From the NCBI RefSeq assembly GCF_963921235.1, contig NC_086097.1:59832001-59896000 (forward strand): a stretch of 64,000 nucleotides of DNA, in the 5' to 3' direction. The DNA is from Mobula hypostoma. Lineage: Eukaryota. Made by a program: the position numbers and the translations under genes. A model generated the notes under the pieces. That model had not been told where the DNA came from. It worked only from the letters and a program-made list of their open reading frames with translations, and made no database searches. Numbering within the stretch: position 1 is the stretch's first letter; every line of letters begins with the position of its first letter. Positions 24,875 through 37,980 of the stretch are shown in pieces.

Positions 24875-26369
24875 AGTTGTAGATAAAATAATCCAAAAAT
24901 AATTGTCAATTTTTTTTTTGAGTAGAGAATGAATTTCTAGCCAACCTTTCTTGGAAAAAAAAGATAGTTAAGCTTCGCTTACCTTTCTTGAAATGTATCT
25001 TTTTCTTTCCCTTTCATACATTTTAAAAACTTACGAGACAAACATAATAAATGTCTGTTTTCAATAAGACTCAAGACTTTCTGATATCCTTCCTCACTCT
25101 CTAGCCCAAGCAGCAGTGGAAACATTTCAAGATTTCCTTTTGCAACATGATTTTTTCAAAGATTCAGCGTCCTTTTTAAACCCAAAAATCTGGTCACTTG
25201 AAGTCAAAACATTTTCTTCAGGACCTTGCAGAGACTTGTTCAACTGGTTCATATGATGAAAAGTGTCTGCTTCGACGGCTAGTTTCTGCAGCCATTCTTT
25301 GTCTTCAAAGCACTGTGCAAAATCTGGCCTGCTATTTCTTAAGGGTGCCCCTGCAATTCACCTTTCAGCTTAAACACCCTGTAGAGAACTGTCCTTTGTT
25401 AATCCACTGGATTTTTTTATGTCGTAGGAGATTGGTGTGCTCTTTGTCCAGGTTTTCACACAGTTTTTCAAAACATTTTTGAGTGACCTGGTGTTTGTTT
25501 AATAAAGTTAACCATTTTTCTAGCATCATTCAGAACTTCTTCATTTAATCTCCAAGAGTTTTTGACATCAGCACCTCTCTATGAAGAAAGCTGTGTGTTG
25601 TGACTACGTCAGGATTTTCCTTCTTTTACAAGAGAAACAAAACCTCTCACAGAACCAATCATTAATGGGGCACCATCAGTATAGGTGCTAAGACAGTTCC
25701 TCCAAGACAGACCTTTTGTTTCCAGATATGAAGACAAAACATTAAATATATCTTGGCTTTTGTTTGTTTCAGGGAGCTCTTCTCAACTTAAGAAGGTTTC
25801 TTGAATTTCACCATCATTTACAAATCTTACAAATGTTTCAACATGGCATTTCTTGATGAAATCTGTTGACTCATCAACCTGGATAGAGAAGCTGTTGTTT
25901 TTCAGTTTATCACTCAAATCCTCTTCGGCATCATGTGACATGTCATTAATAAGTGGACTTATCGCACTGTTTGAGAATGAAACCTGTTCAATTTCTCGTA
26001 CTGCATCTTGCCTTAACACATGGGTAAATAAAATATAAAAAAGAATGACATAATAAATAACTAAACGTGAAAAACACAAAAATAAAAAAATTTACAAAGC
26101 AATTTACCTCCAACCTACACAATTCACCTTTTGCAACATTTACAACAGCAAAGCAGCCGAGCAGCAGCTGAGTCGCAGCGTGTAAAAATTCTTTCTTTAG
26201 AATTAAAAATTTCACACAATTTTCTACTACACTGTAAGCTTGTTTGCTCCTGTAAATCAGTCAGCGGCGTGTAAGGGGAAGTTGGGGGAGGTAATTCGGG
26301 AGGGAGAGGCTTACGTCACAGTCCAAGTTGGGTGAGTCCATTCAATACTTAAAAACTGTACTTCACGCT

Positions 26370-28090
26370 CCTCATCAGCATACTGTCCTTCCCTCTGTGC
26401 AATACAGCACTCACCATCAGCCTACTGTCCTCCCCTCCATACAATACACACCTCACCAATTATCAGCCTACCGTCCTCCCCTCTGTGCAATACAGCTCTA
26501 TGATCAGCCTACTGTCCTCCCCTCCATATAATACAAACCTCACCAATTATCAGCCTACCGCCCTCCCCTCTGTGCAATACAGCACTACGATCAGCCTACT
26601 GTCCTCCCCTCCATATAATACAAACCTCACCAATTATCAGCCTACCGTCCTCCCCGCTATGCAATACAGCCCTCACCATCAGCCTACTGTCCTCCCCTCC
26701 ATACTATACACACCTCACCAATCATCAGCCTACCGTACTCCCCTCTGTGCAATACAGCCCTCACCATCAGCCTACTGTCCTCCCCTCCGTACAATACACA
26801 CCTCACCAATCATCAGCCTACCGCCCTCCCCTCCACACAATATAGCACTCACCATCAGCCTACCATCCTCCCCTCCACACAATACAAACCTCACCAATCA
26901 TCAGCCTACCACCCTCCCCTCTGTGCAATACAGCCCTCACCATCAGCCTACTGTCCTCCCCTCCATACAATACACACCTCACCAATTATCAGCCTACCGT
27001 CCTCCCCTCTGTGCAATACAGCACTACGATCAGCCTACTGTCCTCCCCTCCATATAATACAAACCTCACCAATTATCAGCCTACCGTCCTCCCCGCTATG
27101 CAATACAGCCCTCACCATCAGCCTACTGTCCTCCCCTCCATACAATACACACCTCACCAATCATCAGCCTACTGTACTCCCCTCTGTGCAATACAGCCCT
27201 CACCATCAGCCTACTGTCCTCCCCTCCGTACAATACACACCTCACCAATCATCAGCCTACCGCCCTCCCCTCCACACAATATAGCACTCACCATCAGCCT
27301 ACCATCCTCCCCTCCACACAATACAAACCTCACCAATCATCAGCCTACCACCCTCCCCTCTGTGCAATACAGCCCTCACCATCAGCCTACTGTCCTCCCC
27401 TCCAAACAATACACACCTCACCAATTATCAGCCTACCGTCCTCCCCTCTGTGCAATACAGCACTACCATCAGCCTACTGTCCTCCCCTCCATATAATACA
27501 AACCTCACCAATTATCAGCCTACCGTCCTCCCCGCTATGCAATACAGCCCTCACCATCAGCCTACTGTCCTCCCCTCCATACAATACACACCTCACCAAT
27601 CATCAGCCTACCGCCCTCCCCTCCACACAATATAGCACTCACCATCAGCCTACCATCCTCCCCTCCACACAATACAAACCTCACCAATCATCAGCCTACC
27701 ACCCTCCCCTCTGTGCAATACAGCCCTCACCATCAGCCTACTGTCCTCCCCTCCATACAGTAGAAACCTCACCAATTATCAGCCTACCGCCCTCCCCTCT
27801 GTGCAATACAGCACTACCATCAGCCTACTGTCCGCCCCTCCATACAATACACACCTCACCAATCATCAGCCTACCACCCTCCCCTCTGTGCAATACAGCC
27901 CTCACCATCAGCCTACTGTCCTCCCCTCCATACAATACACACCTCACCAATCATCAGCCTACCATCCTCCCCTCCACACAATACAAACCTCACCAATCAT
28001 CAGCCTACCATCCTCCCCTCTGTGCAATACAGCCCTCACCATCAGCCTACTGTCCTCCCCTCCATACAATACAAACCTCACCAATTATCA
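26370..28090. repeat. Minisatellite of alternating 46-bp and 41/42-bp units (87-88-bp dimer) with higher-order periodicity of about 439 bp
   Basis: Core tcagcctacYgtcctcccct; variants (cccgctatgc, ccgtacaatac, ccacacaatatagc) recur 439 bp apart. Confidence 0.95.
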
Positions 28091-28322
28091 ATGGCCTCCC
28101 CTATCTCACGTCAAATATTGAGAATGAATTCAATGAAATAAACATAGCCTACTGCCCTATTGGGCTGAGAGCTCTAAGGAGACTGCTACTGGGGCTGCTC
28201 GGTCACTGCCTACTACTGCGAGCACTAGCATCACTCATTGCCAAAGAACGATGTTTATTTTTTTTAAGTCATGATCTCTCAGAGAACCCTAAGGTTCTGC
28301 AGAATCTGGTTGAAAAACCTTG

Positions 28323-28610
28323 GTCTAGATGCTGCAGTTTTGTTCACACTCACTTTCATTCCTGACTGCATTATTGTTTGCAGTTTCCATTGAATCGGCA
28401 ACTTCAGCTGCTCTTTTAAATCTAAGTTGTGTTCCAGTCATGAGCCATTTTTGAATGCTTTCTTGTAAGATTCCATAAACTAAACAATCTCTCGGTGCAT
28501 CATTAAGCCCATCACTAAACTGTCAATGCTCAGGCAATTTCTTCAATGAGCCACATACACAGAAATGGACTCCGCTTCTTTTTGATTCTGCTTATGAAAT
28601 CTAAACCGTT
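28323..28610 (-). mobile_element. gag fragment of the old Gypsy-like element
   Basis: Minus strand RFRFHKQNQKEAESISVYVA..GLNDA.RD.LV.GILQESIQK. Confidence 0.65.
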
Positions 28611-30722
28611 TGACGCGACATTCGGTAATGGCCAAGTGCAGAGGAAGAGACACTGAAGTAGGTCGATTGTTCACAGACTTTAACGCGAATGGAATTTTAA
28701 GGGAAAGGAAAACAATAAATGCTAGGCCAAGCAGGACCATTAACTAAAACTCTCAAATTGAAAAACTAGTTACCAACACTACAGCTGAAAGGAATATTTA
28801 AATATAAAATGAATACCACTGGTCTCCAGCATCAGTCAGCTCGATAGTCCATTTTCTCAGGCAAGGACAAATGCAAGCAGGCAGCCTCACGTTGCCGTGC
28901 TTTGCTCAAGTCTCGACAAGCGCTACAATGAAAAGAAGGGAGTTAAATACTGCCATAATGAAACTGTAATTAGCTGACACATGCATATTCACGAGCACAA
29001 TTGCCTGCATGAGCATGTAGACCCTGTAACGGAATCTGTGGTTGTGGCAGGGACCCCTCCTGAGACGCCACAGACCTGTGCCCACTGAAAGTCTAAAATG
29101 AGCGACTTGTCCAAGATGTCCTCTCCTGGGATCCAAGAATGTTCTTCAGGACCATATCTTTCCTAATCCACAAGGTACTGGACCCTACCACGTACCCAGC
29201 GAGATGCCAGGAGGCGCCACACAGTATAGACCAGCAAACCCTCCAGTAAGCGGAGAGGAGGGGGAGATGTGGTGACTGGATCTAGAGGGAAGGTAATAAC
29301 TGACTTGAGCTGGGAAACATGGAACACTGGGTGTATCTTCATTGATGCTGGTAGACGCAATCGATTCAAGATCTTGTTGATCACTACAAGTGATCCCACA
29401 TAGTACGAGGCTAATTTCTGGTTCTCGACTTTCAGGGGAAGATCCTTTGATGCCAATCAGTGCTCTTCTCCTGGCTTGAAAGGCCAGACCTGACAGTGGA
29501 ACCAATCAGCCTGCCAGACATGTTGTTTCTGGGGGCATAGCAGAGAAGCCCTGGTTCGTCTCTAAGTGCACTTGTAGCACTGGATCTGCTGTTTAGTGGC
29601 AAGAACTCCTACATCAATCTCCTGGTCAGGGAAGAGCAGTGGCTGGAATCCCTCCTGGCATTCAAAGGGGGCCATACCATTGGCAGACAACTGGAAGTTA
29701 TTGTGGGCGATCTCTGCCCAAACCAATTGGGAGCTCCAGGATGTGGGGTTGGAAGGGGCAAGGCAGTGCAGGGTTGTCTCCAACTCTTGATTCATTAGAT
29801 TGGCCATTAGATTGGGGATAGAAACCAGATGAGAGGGTGGCCGTGATGCCTGCAAGAGAGCAGAAAGCTTTTCAAAATCCGAAATTGAACTGCGGTCCAC
29901 AATCAGACACTATGACTTGAGGGAAGATGTAGAGGCTGAACACATGTTGAACTATGAGAGTAGCAGTCTCACAAGCTGACAGGAGCTTTGGGAGGGCAAT
30001 GAAGTGGACAGCCTTTGAGAATCAATCTACAACAACCAAAATATAGTAGTGTCTCTATTAGATGGGGGCAGCCCAATGATAAAACCTACTGAGAGGTGGG
30101 ACCAGGGGTGGTGGGGCACAGGCCACAGACATAGCAGACCCACAGGATGGTGGTGTGATGTCCTGAGGGAGGTGGGACAGGCAGATACACAGCCATGAAC
30201 ATCCTGGGACATAAGTGGCCACCAACGTTGTCTCTTTATAAACTCCTGGGTCCGTTGAATTCCCGGATGGCCAGCCAGATGGAAGGAGTGACCCCATTCC
30301 AACACTTTGGAGTGCATCGTAGCAGGTACAAACAGCTGGTTGGGAGGTCCTCCACGTGGGCCTGGTTCTGACTGTTGAGCAGTTTTTGCCTCTGCCTCTG
30401 CTCCCCAGATCACTGGAACAGCAATGTACAAGTGCAGGAGTATAGGCTCTGGGTTGGCATTGTTCTCAGATCTATTGAACTGCTGGGAGAGAACATCAAC
30501 CTTGGTACTCTTGCTGCTGGGACAATAGGTGAAGATGAAATTAAAGTGGGTGAATAAGGAAAAGGAAAACAATTGAAACTAGGCCGAACAGGGCCATTAA
30601 CTAAACCCTCAAACAGAAAAATCTAGATGCCAACACCATAGCTGAAAGGAATATCTAAATGTAAAACAAATACCATTAGTCTCCAGCTTTAAGCAACTTG
30701 ATAGTCCATTTTCTCAGCCAAG
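28611..30722 (-). mobile_element. Second chromoviral Gypsy, internally deleted (integrase-chromodomain remnant between LTR sequences)
   Basis: ORFs 30027..30572 (HLAGHPG, PWSHLS), 29562..29900, 29163..29456 (IHPVFHVSQLK, VQYLVD); diverged direct repeat 28708-28866 / 30565-30722; purine tract near 29050. Confidence 0.8.
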
Positions 30723-32221
30723 GCTGAATGAAAACTGTGTGGTTTTTAATGCAATGCACTCAGCAAAATTGATACTTGTTCCTCATTGGCTATTTTAATT
30801 TGCTTCAAAGCTCTGTTCAATTTGCTTAGTATATAAAATCCAGTTATCTGTGGTGTAATTAAACACATAGATTGTTCTGATGTAGGCAGCCATTTCTGCC
30901 TTTTTAATAGTTATTATCACCTGGTACTTATTCTTTACGAACCCACAAATTCTTCTGTTTGCTGCCTTTTTTAACTTGACAGTCTCTGCACGTACTCAGC
31001 TGTGTTTTTTACTCACCATTCTCACAGATTTCTTTCGTTACTTCAAACATCTTGCTGCACTTCAACAGGTTGTATCGGATTCATTTTAAAAATACCCCGT
31101 CATCAAAGTTATGTTTTCTAATTTCAAAATATTAAACTGATTGAAAGGAAAATGTGGGAGTCATGTTTACTTTAAGATAGGCGTGCACATATCACATGAA
31201 AACATAATGATGTATGCAATTCATGTAATAATACATATAACCCATAATGCATTATTTAAATGAATAATGCTTAATCTGCCAATACAGGTGTCCCCCACTT
31301 TTTGAACGTTCCCTTTACGAAACCTCGCTGTTACGAAAGACTTACATTAGTTACCTGTTTTCGCTAACAGAAGGTGTTTTCACTGTTACGAAAAAAGGCA
31401 GTGTGCGATAAAAGCCAGCGCGCAAAAAAAGCAGCGCACGCCCCGAGCAGCCAAGCTCCTCCCCCGGAACTGCATTCTAGTCGGCATTGCTTAAACACAT
31501 GCCTATGAGCAGCCGCTCTGATCTGGGCTGACAGTTACAGGCCAGGCGGCACCTAATTAATTAGCTTGTTTATTTGTTTATTTCGGCTTTTTTCTTAAAG
31601 GTGTGCTGGATACACCCCGGCTACCGCTGTATTCTTCACGGATTGGTATTGGTCAGCAGCCCGGAGGTTAGGGACCACTGCACCACCCCAACCTCCGACG
31701 ACTCAGCCTAGCACACCATCATCAGTATGCTTGGCACTGTCTTCCCAATTCCAGTCAGTGATACTACACTGTACATACATTATTTCTACTTTATATCGGC
31801 TGTGTATTTTTATGTGTTATTTGGTATGATTTGGCAGCTTCATAGCTTAAAGGTTACTGGAGAGAGTGTTTCTGCCGAGAGCGCTTGCGTGAGATTTTTG
31901 CTACAGAGAACAGTGCAGCAATGATTGTGGAAAAGTATTTCTACTTTATATAGGCTGTGTATTTATCATATCATTCCTGCTTTTACTATATGTTACTGTT
32001 ATTTTAGGTTTTATGTGTTATTTGGCATGATTTGGTAGGTTTTTCTGGGTCTGTGAACGCTCACAAATTTTTCCCATATAAATAAATGGTAATTGCTTCT
32101 TCACTTTATGACATTCCGGCTTACGAACCATTTCAGAGGAATGATCTACCTTCGGATGGCGGGGGAAACCTGTATGTATACAAGATTACTCAAATATTAC
32201 CGAAGTACAAAATTCACAACA
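30723..32221 (-). mobile_element. 5' LTR (about 31102-32221, interrupted), PBS-like site and gag start of the old Gypsy-like element
   Basis: LTR similar to 8012-8265; decayed PBS-like tgatgacggggtat; gaaatggctgcctacatc gag-like start near 30894. Confidence 0.65.
31285..32172. mobile_element. Non-autonomous pogo/Tigger-like DNA transposon
   Basis: TA|caggtgtccccc ... gggggaaacctg|TA; inserted in the TA-rich part of the LTR; no ORF. Confidence 0.75.
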
Positions 32222-33252
32222 TCCTCACTGGGATTCTATTTCTATTGTACCGAGTCTGTGTTCTTCTGGCCACCTCCTGTTATCTCCCCACACTTTCTTA
32301 CACTCTGCTCGGAGAGGAGCTCTAGTTCAACTGCTCATAAGTCTCTGCATAGGGTAGCTCATCATCCCGAAAATGGGTATTTTACAAAGCAAATTCTTTG
32401 TGACAGAAGAGAAATGAGGTTTGGTTTCAGTATTCTATCATCCATGGTACCCAAGGGTTAGTACACAACAGGATGGACCTTACACAAGAAGCCCACACAA
32501 AGGCCTCTTCTCCAACTGTCTCCAACTGAGTAGTGGGAATTGGGGGAGATGAGATCAGTGCAATACTGGGAGACGGAGCAGAAGCCCTGGGTAAAGATTG
32601 AGGGATAGGGAGGGAAAATCAAGGCCTCAAAATTGGAATGGAATCCAAAGATCATGAGTGGCAATTCACAGATTGAAAGTAGATTGCTGGGGGCAGAATT
32701 AGAATTGGACAATGGTGATGATTCTGAAAGGAGTACTTTAGCATATTTGATGCTGGAAAGACTGGTGTAGAGTGGGGGTCAATGTAGGGCTGATTGGGAG
32801 GCTAATATTTATTTAACGATACAGTACAGGGTAGGGTCGGTCTTTCTGGCCCTTCGAGCCATGCCGTCTCAGACAAACCTGATGACAAAATTATGTGACA
32901 AAAATGAGACAAATAAAAACACGAACTGCTGGAGGAACGTAGTGGATCAGGCAATACTATGGCCTACTTGACTGTCGCTGTGGCTGCCCAGCGGCCTACT
33001 GTACTCACTTGACATATATGCATAGTCTGTGGTGACAATTTTTGTCCAACTGCAATTCTGTGGAAGCAACAAAGCTTTTGGTCATGTGACACTTAAAGAA
33101 AATACCTTGCAAACAAATTTCAAAGCCAGTATGGGATGTAATTTTTTTTTTTAACAACTTTTGGGAAAGAGTTTTTGGGAGAATTTTATAGGCTTATCTT
33201 GTCTTATGACAAGTATCAAACTTCAATATGAATATTGAATTTTAAATGCATA

Positions 33253-35136
33253 CTAGACAACCCGGTGACCTGTTGGGGCACCCTTTGAGAGAAAGGTAGT
33301 GCAGTCTGATGTGGTGTGCTTTGGAAATTAAAGAAGAAAAACTCAGTTTACTAAAGAAGAAAGACGCATAGCAAGACAAATATAGCTCCTCCTCGTTTAA
33401 CGAAGGACACTTTTGATGACAAAATTTCTGGTTGATCTGCCACCCTTCAAGAATACTCTAACGTTTTTTTCCCCCTGGCTTAAAGCCACATACAGCTGAC
33501 CATGCTGGAATACCGGTTTCTCCAAATAAATCACCACATTCTCCATGATTTGGCCTCGCGCCTTACGTATAGTCATAACAAAGCGTGACTGTATCGGGAA
33601 CTGGCTCCACTGAAGAGGGACGTCTTCCCCTTCCGATAAATTGAGAGTAATTCTTGGGATCATGACAATATCACTTTTGAACACACCAATGTTTATCTTG
33701 GCTATGATGAGATTGTCGTACAGTTTTTCCACCACCATTCGCGTTCCATTGCAAAGCCTTGGTGGATCCAAGTTCCTCATTGAAATGATGGGAGATCCCC
33801 TCTTCAATTCCAGTTTATGTGGTGGCAATCCAGAGAGTTCAACTGAATCAAGGAATTCTGTTGGAAAATGAGTGACATCAGTTCCTTCACTTGTGGCACT
33901 GAAGGGACATTATTCTTTCATCATTTCAGGGAAGCATCTAATGCATGTGAAGTTTATTTTTTGCATCATTTCATTGAGAGGAACAAAGATAGGATTCCTC
34001 AAGAACAGTTCTGCAGGATTGTCGAATGTTGGGTGGATGAAATCAATGTATTCTTCCATAGTTTTTGCTGGCAGAATCATATCTACAGGTAATTTGATTT
34101 CATCGTTTTCATTTTTTTCAATCTTGTCTTCTCCAACATCCAGTAAGAACTCAGAATATCGTCCTTCTTCCTCACTCAATCGCATGTTTCTCTTCAATTG
34201 AAACTTGATGAAGCTTCTCCATAAGTAGGATATTTTTATGCATGATTTCTCCACATCAGCATCATTTCCGCATTTCACAACTGCTAGAAGCTGACGGAAA
34301 TTGCCACAGCAAATGGTTGAAATACACCCAAAGGCCTCATTCTTGTCACATACATCATGAAGAGTTCGGTCCACAGCTTTGAAGCTCTCCCTCCTAATCA
34401 TGGGGCTCTCAGCCCAGACAATAAGCCTCACATTTTGGAGTAAATTTGCAGTATTGGTGTTTTTATCAATGTTACAAAGAGCATCTTCATTGACTTTGAG
34501 GGGTATTTTGTATCTTGAATGCGCTGTTCTACCACCAGGCATCAATGTTGCAGCAATACCTGATGATGCTACAGCAATAGCAACGCCTCCGTCTCCCCTA
34601 ACTTTAGCGAGGATCAAGTTGATGATAAATGTCTTGCCCGTTCCTCCTGGTGCATCAATGAAAATCATTGAAGAGAGATTCCTTTCCAAGCAGTCGCACA
34701 CATCTATAGACTACTAAAATGCTCATGCTCTGTTTGTTGGTTTGTCTGTGTGTGACCTCCAATTAGCCCAAAAAGCGCATTACAGCGGCACTTTTTTTGA
34801 CTAAATCTGGTGTCGCGTTGCGGTTTCCATGAAAGGTGGAATCGGCTCTGTGAGCATCGTGAGGCGCTGCTGAGGCCGGCCATGCGCGTGCGTCGTGTTG
34901 TTACGTCGCGATTTCCATTAAAGCTGGAATCGGCTCGGGTTGTGGAAAGCGGGGCCTGTTGATTGACGAGTGAGCAATTTTATACGAATATATAACCCTG
35001 AACTTTGCATGCATTCTGTAAGTTAGCGCATTTTAAGTCGACTTAGTCAAAAAAAGTCCTGCTGTAATGCACCGTTTGGGCTAAGTGGAGGTCACGAACA
35101 GACAAACAGAGCATGAGAATTTTAGTAGTCTATAGA
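33253..35136 (-). mobile_element. Helitron, internally deleted (no Rep/HUH domain)
   Basis: Minus strand A|TCTATAGACTACTAAAA...CTAG|T; decayed hairpin 33261-33277 just before CTAG; Pif1 helicase inside. Confidence 0.88.
33397..34701 (-). pseudogene. Helitron Pif1-family (SF1B) helicase, frameshifted
   Basis: DAPGGTGKT, AVASSGIAATL..GGRTAHS, GNFRQL, NMRL, PPHKLELK, RLCNGTR, FQHGQLYVALS; Walker B reads WAE instead of WDE. Confidence 0.93.
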
Positions 35137-36454
35137 TTATCAGAACACTGGGATGCTCACTGAATGTCCATGTGTTTCCTGAGGTTCAAGGAATCCATTG
35201 CTGAAGTGGTGTCGGGAGAGAATGAATTTTCTTAACACGACTGAAGACAGTGATAATGGCAGCCGGGGTATTTCATCAATTCGGTTGTGAACATTTACAC
35301 TTTAACATGAGAGGAGGCTGTAGCATTGCTCTACCTGATACTGTCACATTTTAATCCCTTTACACTTTCCAGATCCCCCAGTTATAATGCAGCCCCATAG
35401 TCCTGACTTGAAACACTTGCCCCTATAGATGCTGCTCCACCCACTGTGTCCTTGCAGCAGTTTGCTGTCTGCTTCAGATTTCACTCTCTACGCTCCCTGT
35501 GACCCCTTGTCACTTCACAAGGTTAAAATGAACAAGTTGTAACACAATTTGCATCCTTCTCTAAATTGTAAACCATTGCAATGCTTTGATGAGAGAGTAC
35601 TTTGGCAGGAATGGTGCTAAACCTCATTCAAATACTTTGTAAATCTTTGATAATTCATTTGTTACACTAAACCAAAATATACAGTTTTATCTTTTGGAAA
35701 TTGCATGTTTTGGAAATTTCATACTCAGCTATGAATCAGTCAAATATAACATAATAAAATACGTCACTCTGTGTGTCACCTGGAAGCTTTCAAAGATAAA
35801 ATATCAGTGAAGAGCCAGAGGAAAGGATCTGTTGACATGCTGAAGATTTAAAATACATTTAGCAAACTATGGAGGGGAGGTGAAGTGTGAGATTCAAAAG
35901 TTATTTTTGCCAGTCATGACAGGAATAACTTAGCAAGCAAAAAAGCCTATTTGCAGCGGGACCATTGTGGGTTATGCAGTATAATTGATTTTTACTCAAC
36001 CATCTGATGCTGGGTTAGTAAGGAAAATATAAAAGGATATGTTATAAATAAGACTAGCCACTTTTGCAATGCTGTATATAGCTGAAACCTCCACCTACAT
36101 CCGCCATTAAAATGGCTTTATGATATGAATAATTGTGATAGTTGTGCTTTCCATGCAAAAGACAAAAGCTAAAAGGAAGACTCGGAGAATCCGTTCTGAG
36201 AACCACTTACAGACCATTGATTATGAAAGGTGACAGCAGGTTTATATACAGGATGCATTTGGCAATAGATGGTCTGTATATCTTGGCATTCAGAGACACT
36301 GGTAAAGATCCAGTATAATGTGAAATTGATCAAAGTCAATATCATTTGTGGAGCCACCAGTATTTACCTTAGAGTACTGTAGATATGTCATTAAAGCAGT
36401 CTTTCTCCCCCTAAGTTTGGTGTTCTGTTTAGTGATTGATCTACCTGATTAAGA

Positions 36455-36745
36455 TTGAAGATCTGCAGATTAGCTTTATTTGTCACATATACATCAACAC
36501 ATAGTGAAATATGTCCTTTACATCGACAACAAACACAGTGCTTGAATCGTCCTGCAGGTGTCACCAGGCTTCCGACACTAACATAGCATGCCCACAATTT
36601 ACTAACCTTAACCTGTACATCTTTAGAATGTGGAGGGAAACCATAGCACCCTGAAGAAACCCACACAGTCACAGGGAGAAACTACAGACAGCAGTGGGAG
36701 TTGAACTTCAAGCAGTGATTGTGGCGTTATGAGGCATTCAGCTAA
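36455..36745 (-). mobile_element. tRNA-headed SINE (V-SINE/HE1-like), decayed
   Basis: Minus strand B-box-like gttcaactccc followed by ctccctgtgactgtgtgggtttcttcagggtgctatggtttccctccacattc; related copy on + at about 52600-52815. Confidence 0.6.
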
Positions 36746-36749
36746 CAAG

Positions 36750-37442
36750 GGAGGGGAGGAGATGATGGCGACGCGATGCAGCGTGTGCAGCCACTCCGAA
36801 TTGATATTGTATTTGTGAAGTAGGATGCTGTGCACAATCCGGATTTGATGGAGACAGCTGTGAGAAACATGGAGGAACATCTGGATAAACTTCTGAAATA
36901 CCTGCTTCGCTACCACTGCTACTGTGTGATCGAGAATCTCCGGAGGGGAAGGCCCCAAATCCTTGGCTTTTCCTATTGCCTATTGCCGGGACCGGGGTTG
37001 AAGCGCTCGGCAGAGATGGTGTTCGGTGCTTGGTGTCAGAGAGCTGGTCAGAGGCTCAAAGTTTTCGGACGGACTCGGAGTCGGACCGTGGTCGGGTGCT
37101 TCCAGGGTGCTGCATCGGCAAGTTTGTGGCGCTGGAAGCTCATGGCAGGAAGAGTTTTCTTCCTTCAACCATCTGCGTGAGATGATGGGACTTTCGAGAG
37201 ACCTTGAGATTTTTTTTACCATGCCCATGGTCTGTTCTTCTATCAAATTACAGTATTGCTTGCACTGTTGTAACTATATGTTATAAATATGTGGTTTTTG
37301 TCAGTTTTTTTAGTCTTGGTTTGTCTTGTGTTTCTGCGATATCATTCTGGAGGAACAAATTGTATCATTTCTTAACGTATGCATTACTAAATGACAATAA
37401 AAGAGGACTGCGTGTCCTCATAATCTAATCTAATCTAATCTA
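36750..37442 (+). mobile_element. SINE-like non-autonomous element, copy A
   Basis: About 690 bp, starts ggaggagatgatggcg, ends aaatgacaataaa...(TAATC)n; three copies in the window. Confidence 0.75.
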
Positions 37443-37980
37443 ACTGTTAAGTGATCGTGCCGCACAAGGTTATCAGCTGGAGTTCTGTTAGATTGATCCT
37501 GAGCCATGAATTGAAATGCATGATAGCTACAAATTTTGAATTCAAGCAATTGAACATATCTAGGATTTCATTTTATAGTATTTTTCTCAGTAATTTTGGC
37601 CTTGCAAATTGCACTAGGTTGTTGCAAGAATGTATCTGGTTCACTGTGGATAGGACTGAGTACACCAGGGTATTGACAAGGAGGAGAACAGTTCTGAGCA
37701 CATACATTAAAAATTTGCTCAATCAGTCCATGTACTCTCCCAAAGCATTCTCATCAGCTTCTCAACTGATTTCTCTGCGACCTTTTTATCTGTGCTCCTT
37801 GAATCCGCCCAGCTCTCCAATTGCACACCTACACCAGGGACAAATTAAAAGTATTCAATTATCATCTCAATTAATATTTATTTAGAATGTGGGAGGAATT
37901 TAGAGCCCCTAAGGATTTTTACGAAGTTATGCAATTCCACTGCGATGGTAGGGTTTAGGATTGAAATGGTTTAGATGAGT

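Larger units (their letters stand above)
19525..28322 (-). mobile_element. hAT (Buster/Charlie-type) DNA transposon, degenerate; interrupted by a Gypsy and containing a minisatellite
   Basis: Transposase remnants FSIQVDESTD..FVRFVNDGEIQE (25783..26079) and KMVNFIK..EWLQKLA..HMNQLNKSLQG (25060-25560); TIR-like ends tttctcaaact / ggttgaaaaacc beside tctag target-like sites. Confidence 0.82.

Noticed and set aside
25068..25482. Plus-strand frames resembling a host (RGS-like) exon
   Set aside because: The minus strand is clearly hAT transposase; this also warns that an RGS likeness judged by eye is weak
26328..28121. Pro/Ser/Thr/Gln-rich ORFs, and a possible CRISPR-like array
   Set aside because: Translations of the minisatellite; the inter-core segments are themselves repeated, not unique spacers, and there are no cas genes
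32353..32456. Possible + strand exon (VAHHPENGYF..SMVPK)
   Set aside because: Splice sites are plausible, but I could not chain it in phase to another exon; unsupported
33397..34701. Host PIF1 gene
   Set aside because: Intronless, frameshifted, Helitron-type sequence bounded by Helitron termini
36161..36300. Possible exon with several GT donors
   Set aside because: Weak acceptor and no consistent frame with neighbouring candidates
37451..37885. 144-aa ORF present twice (also 42636..43070)
   Set aside because: Identity is due to the tandem duplication; partly overlaps a decayed SINE fragment
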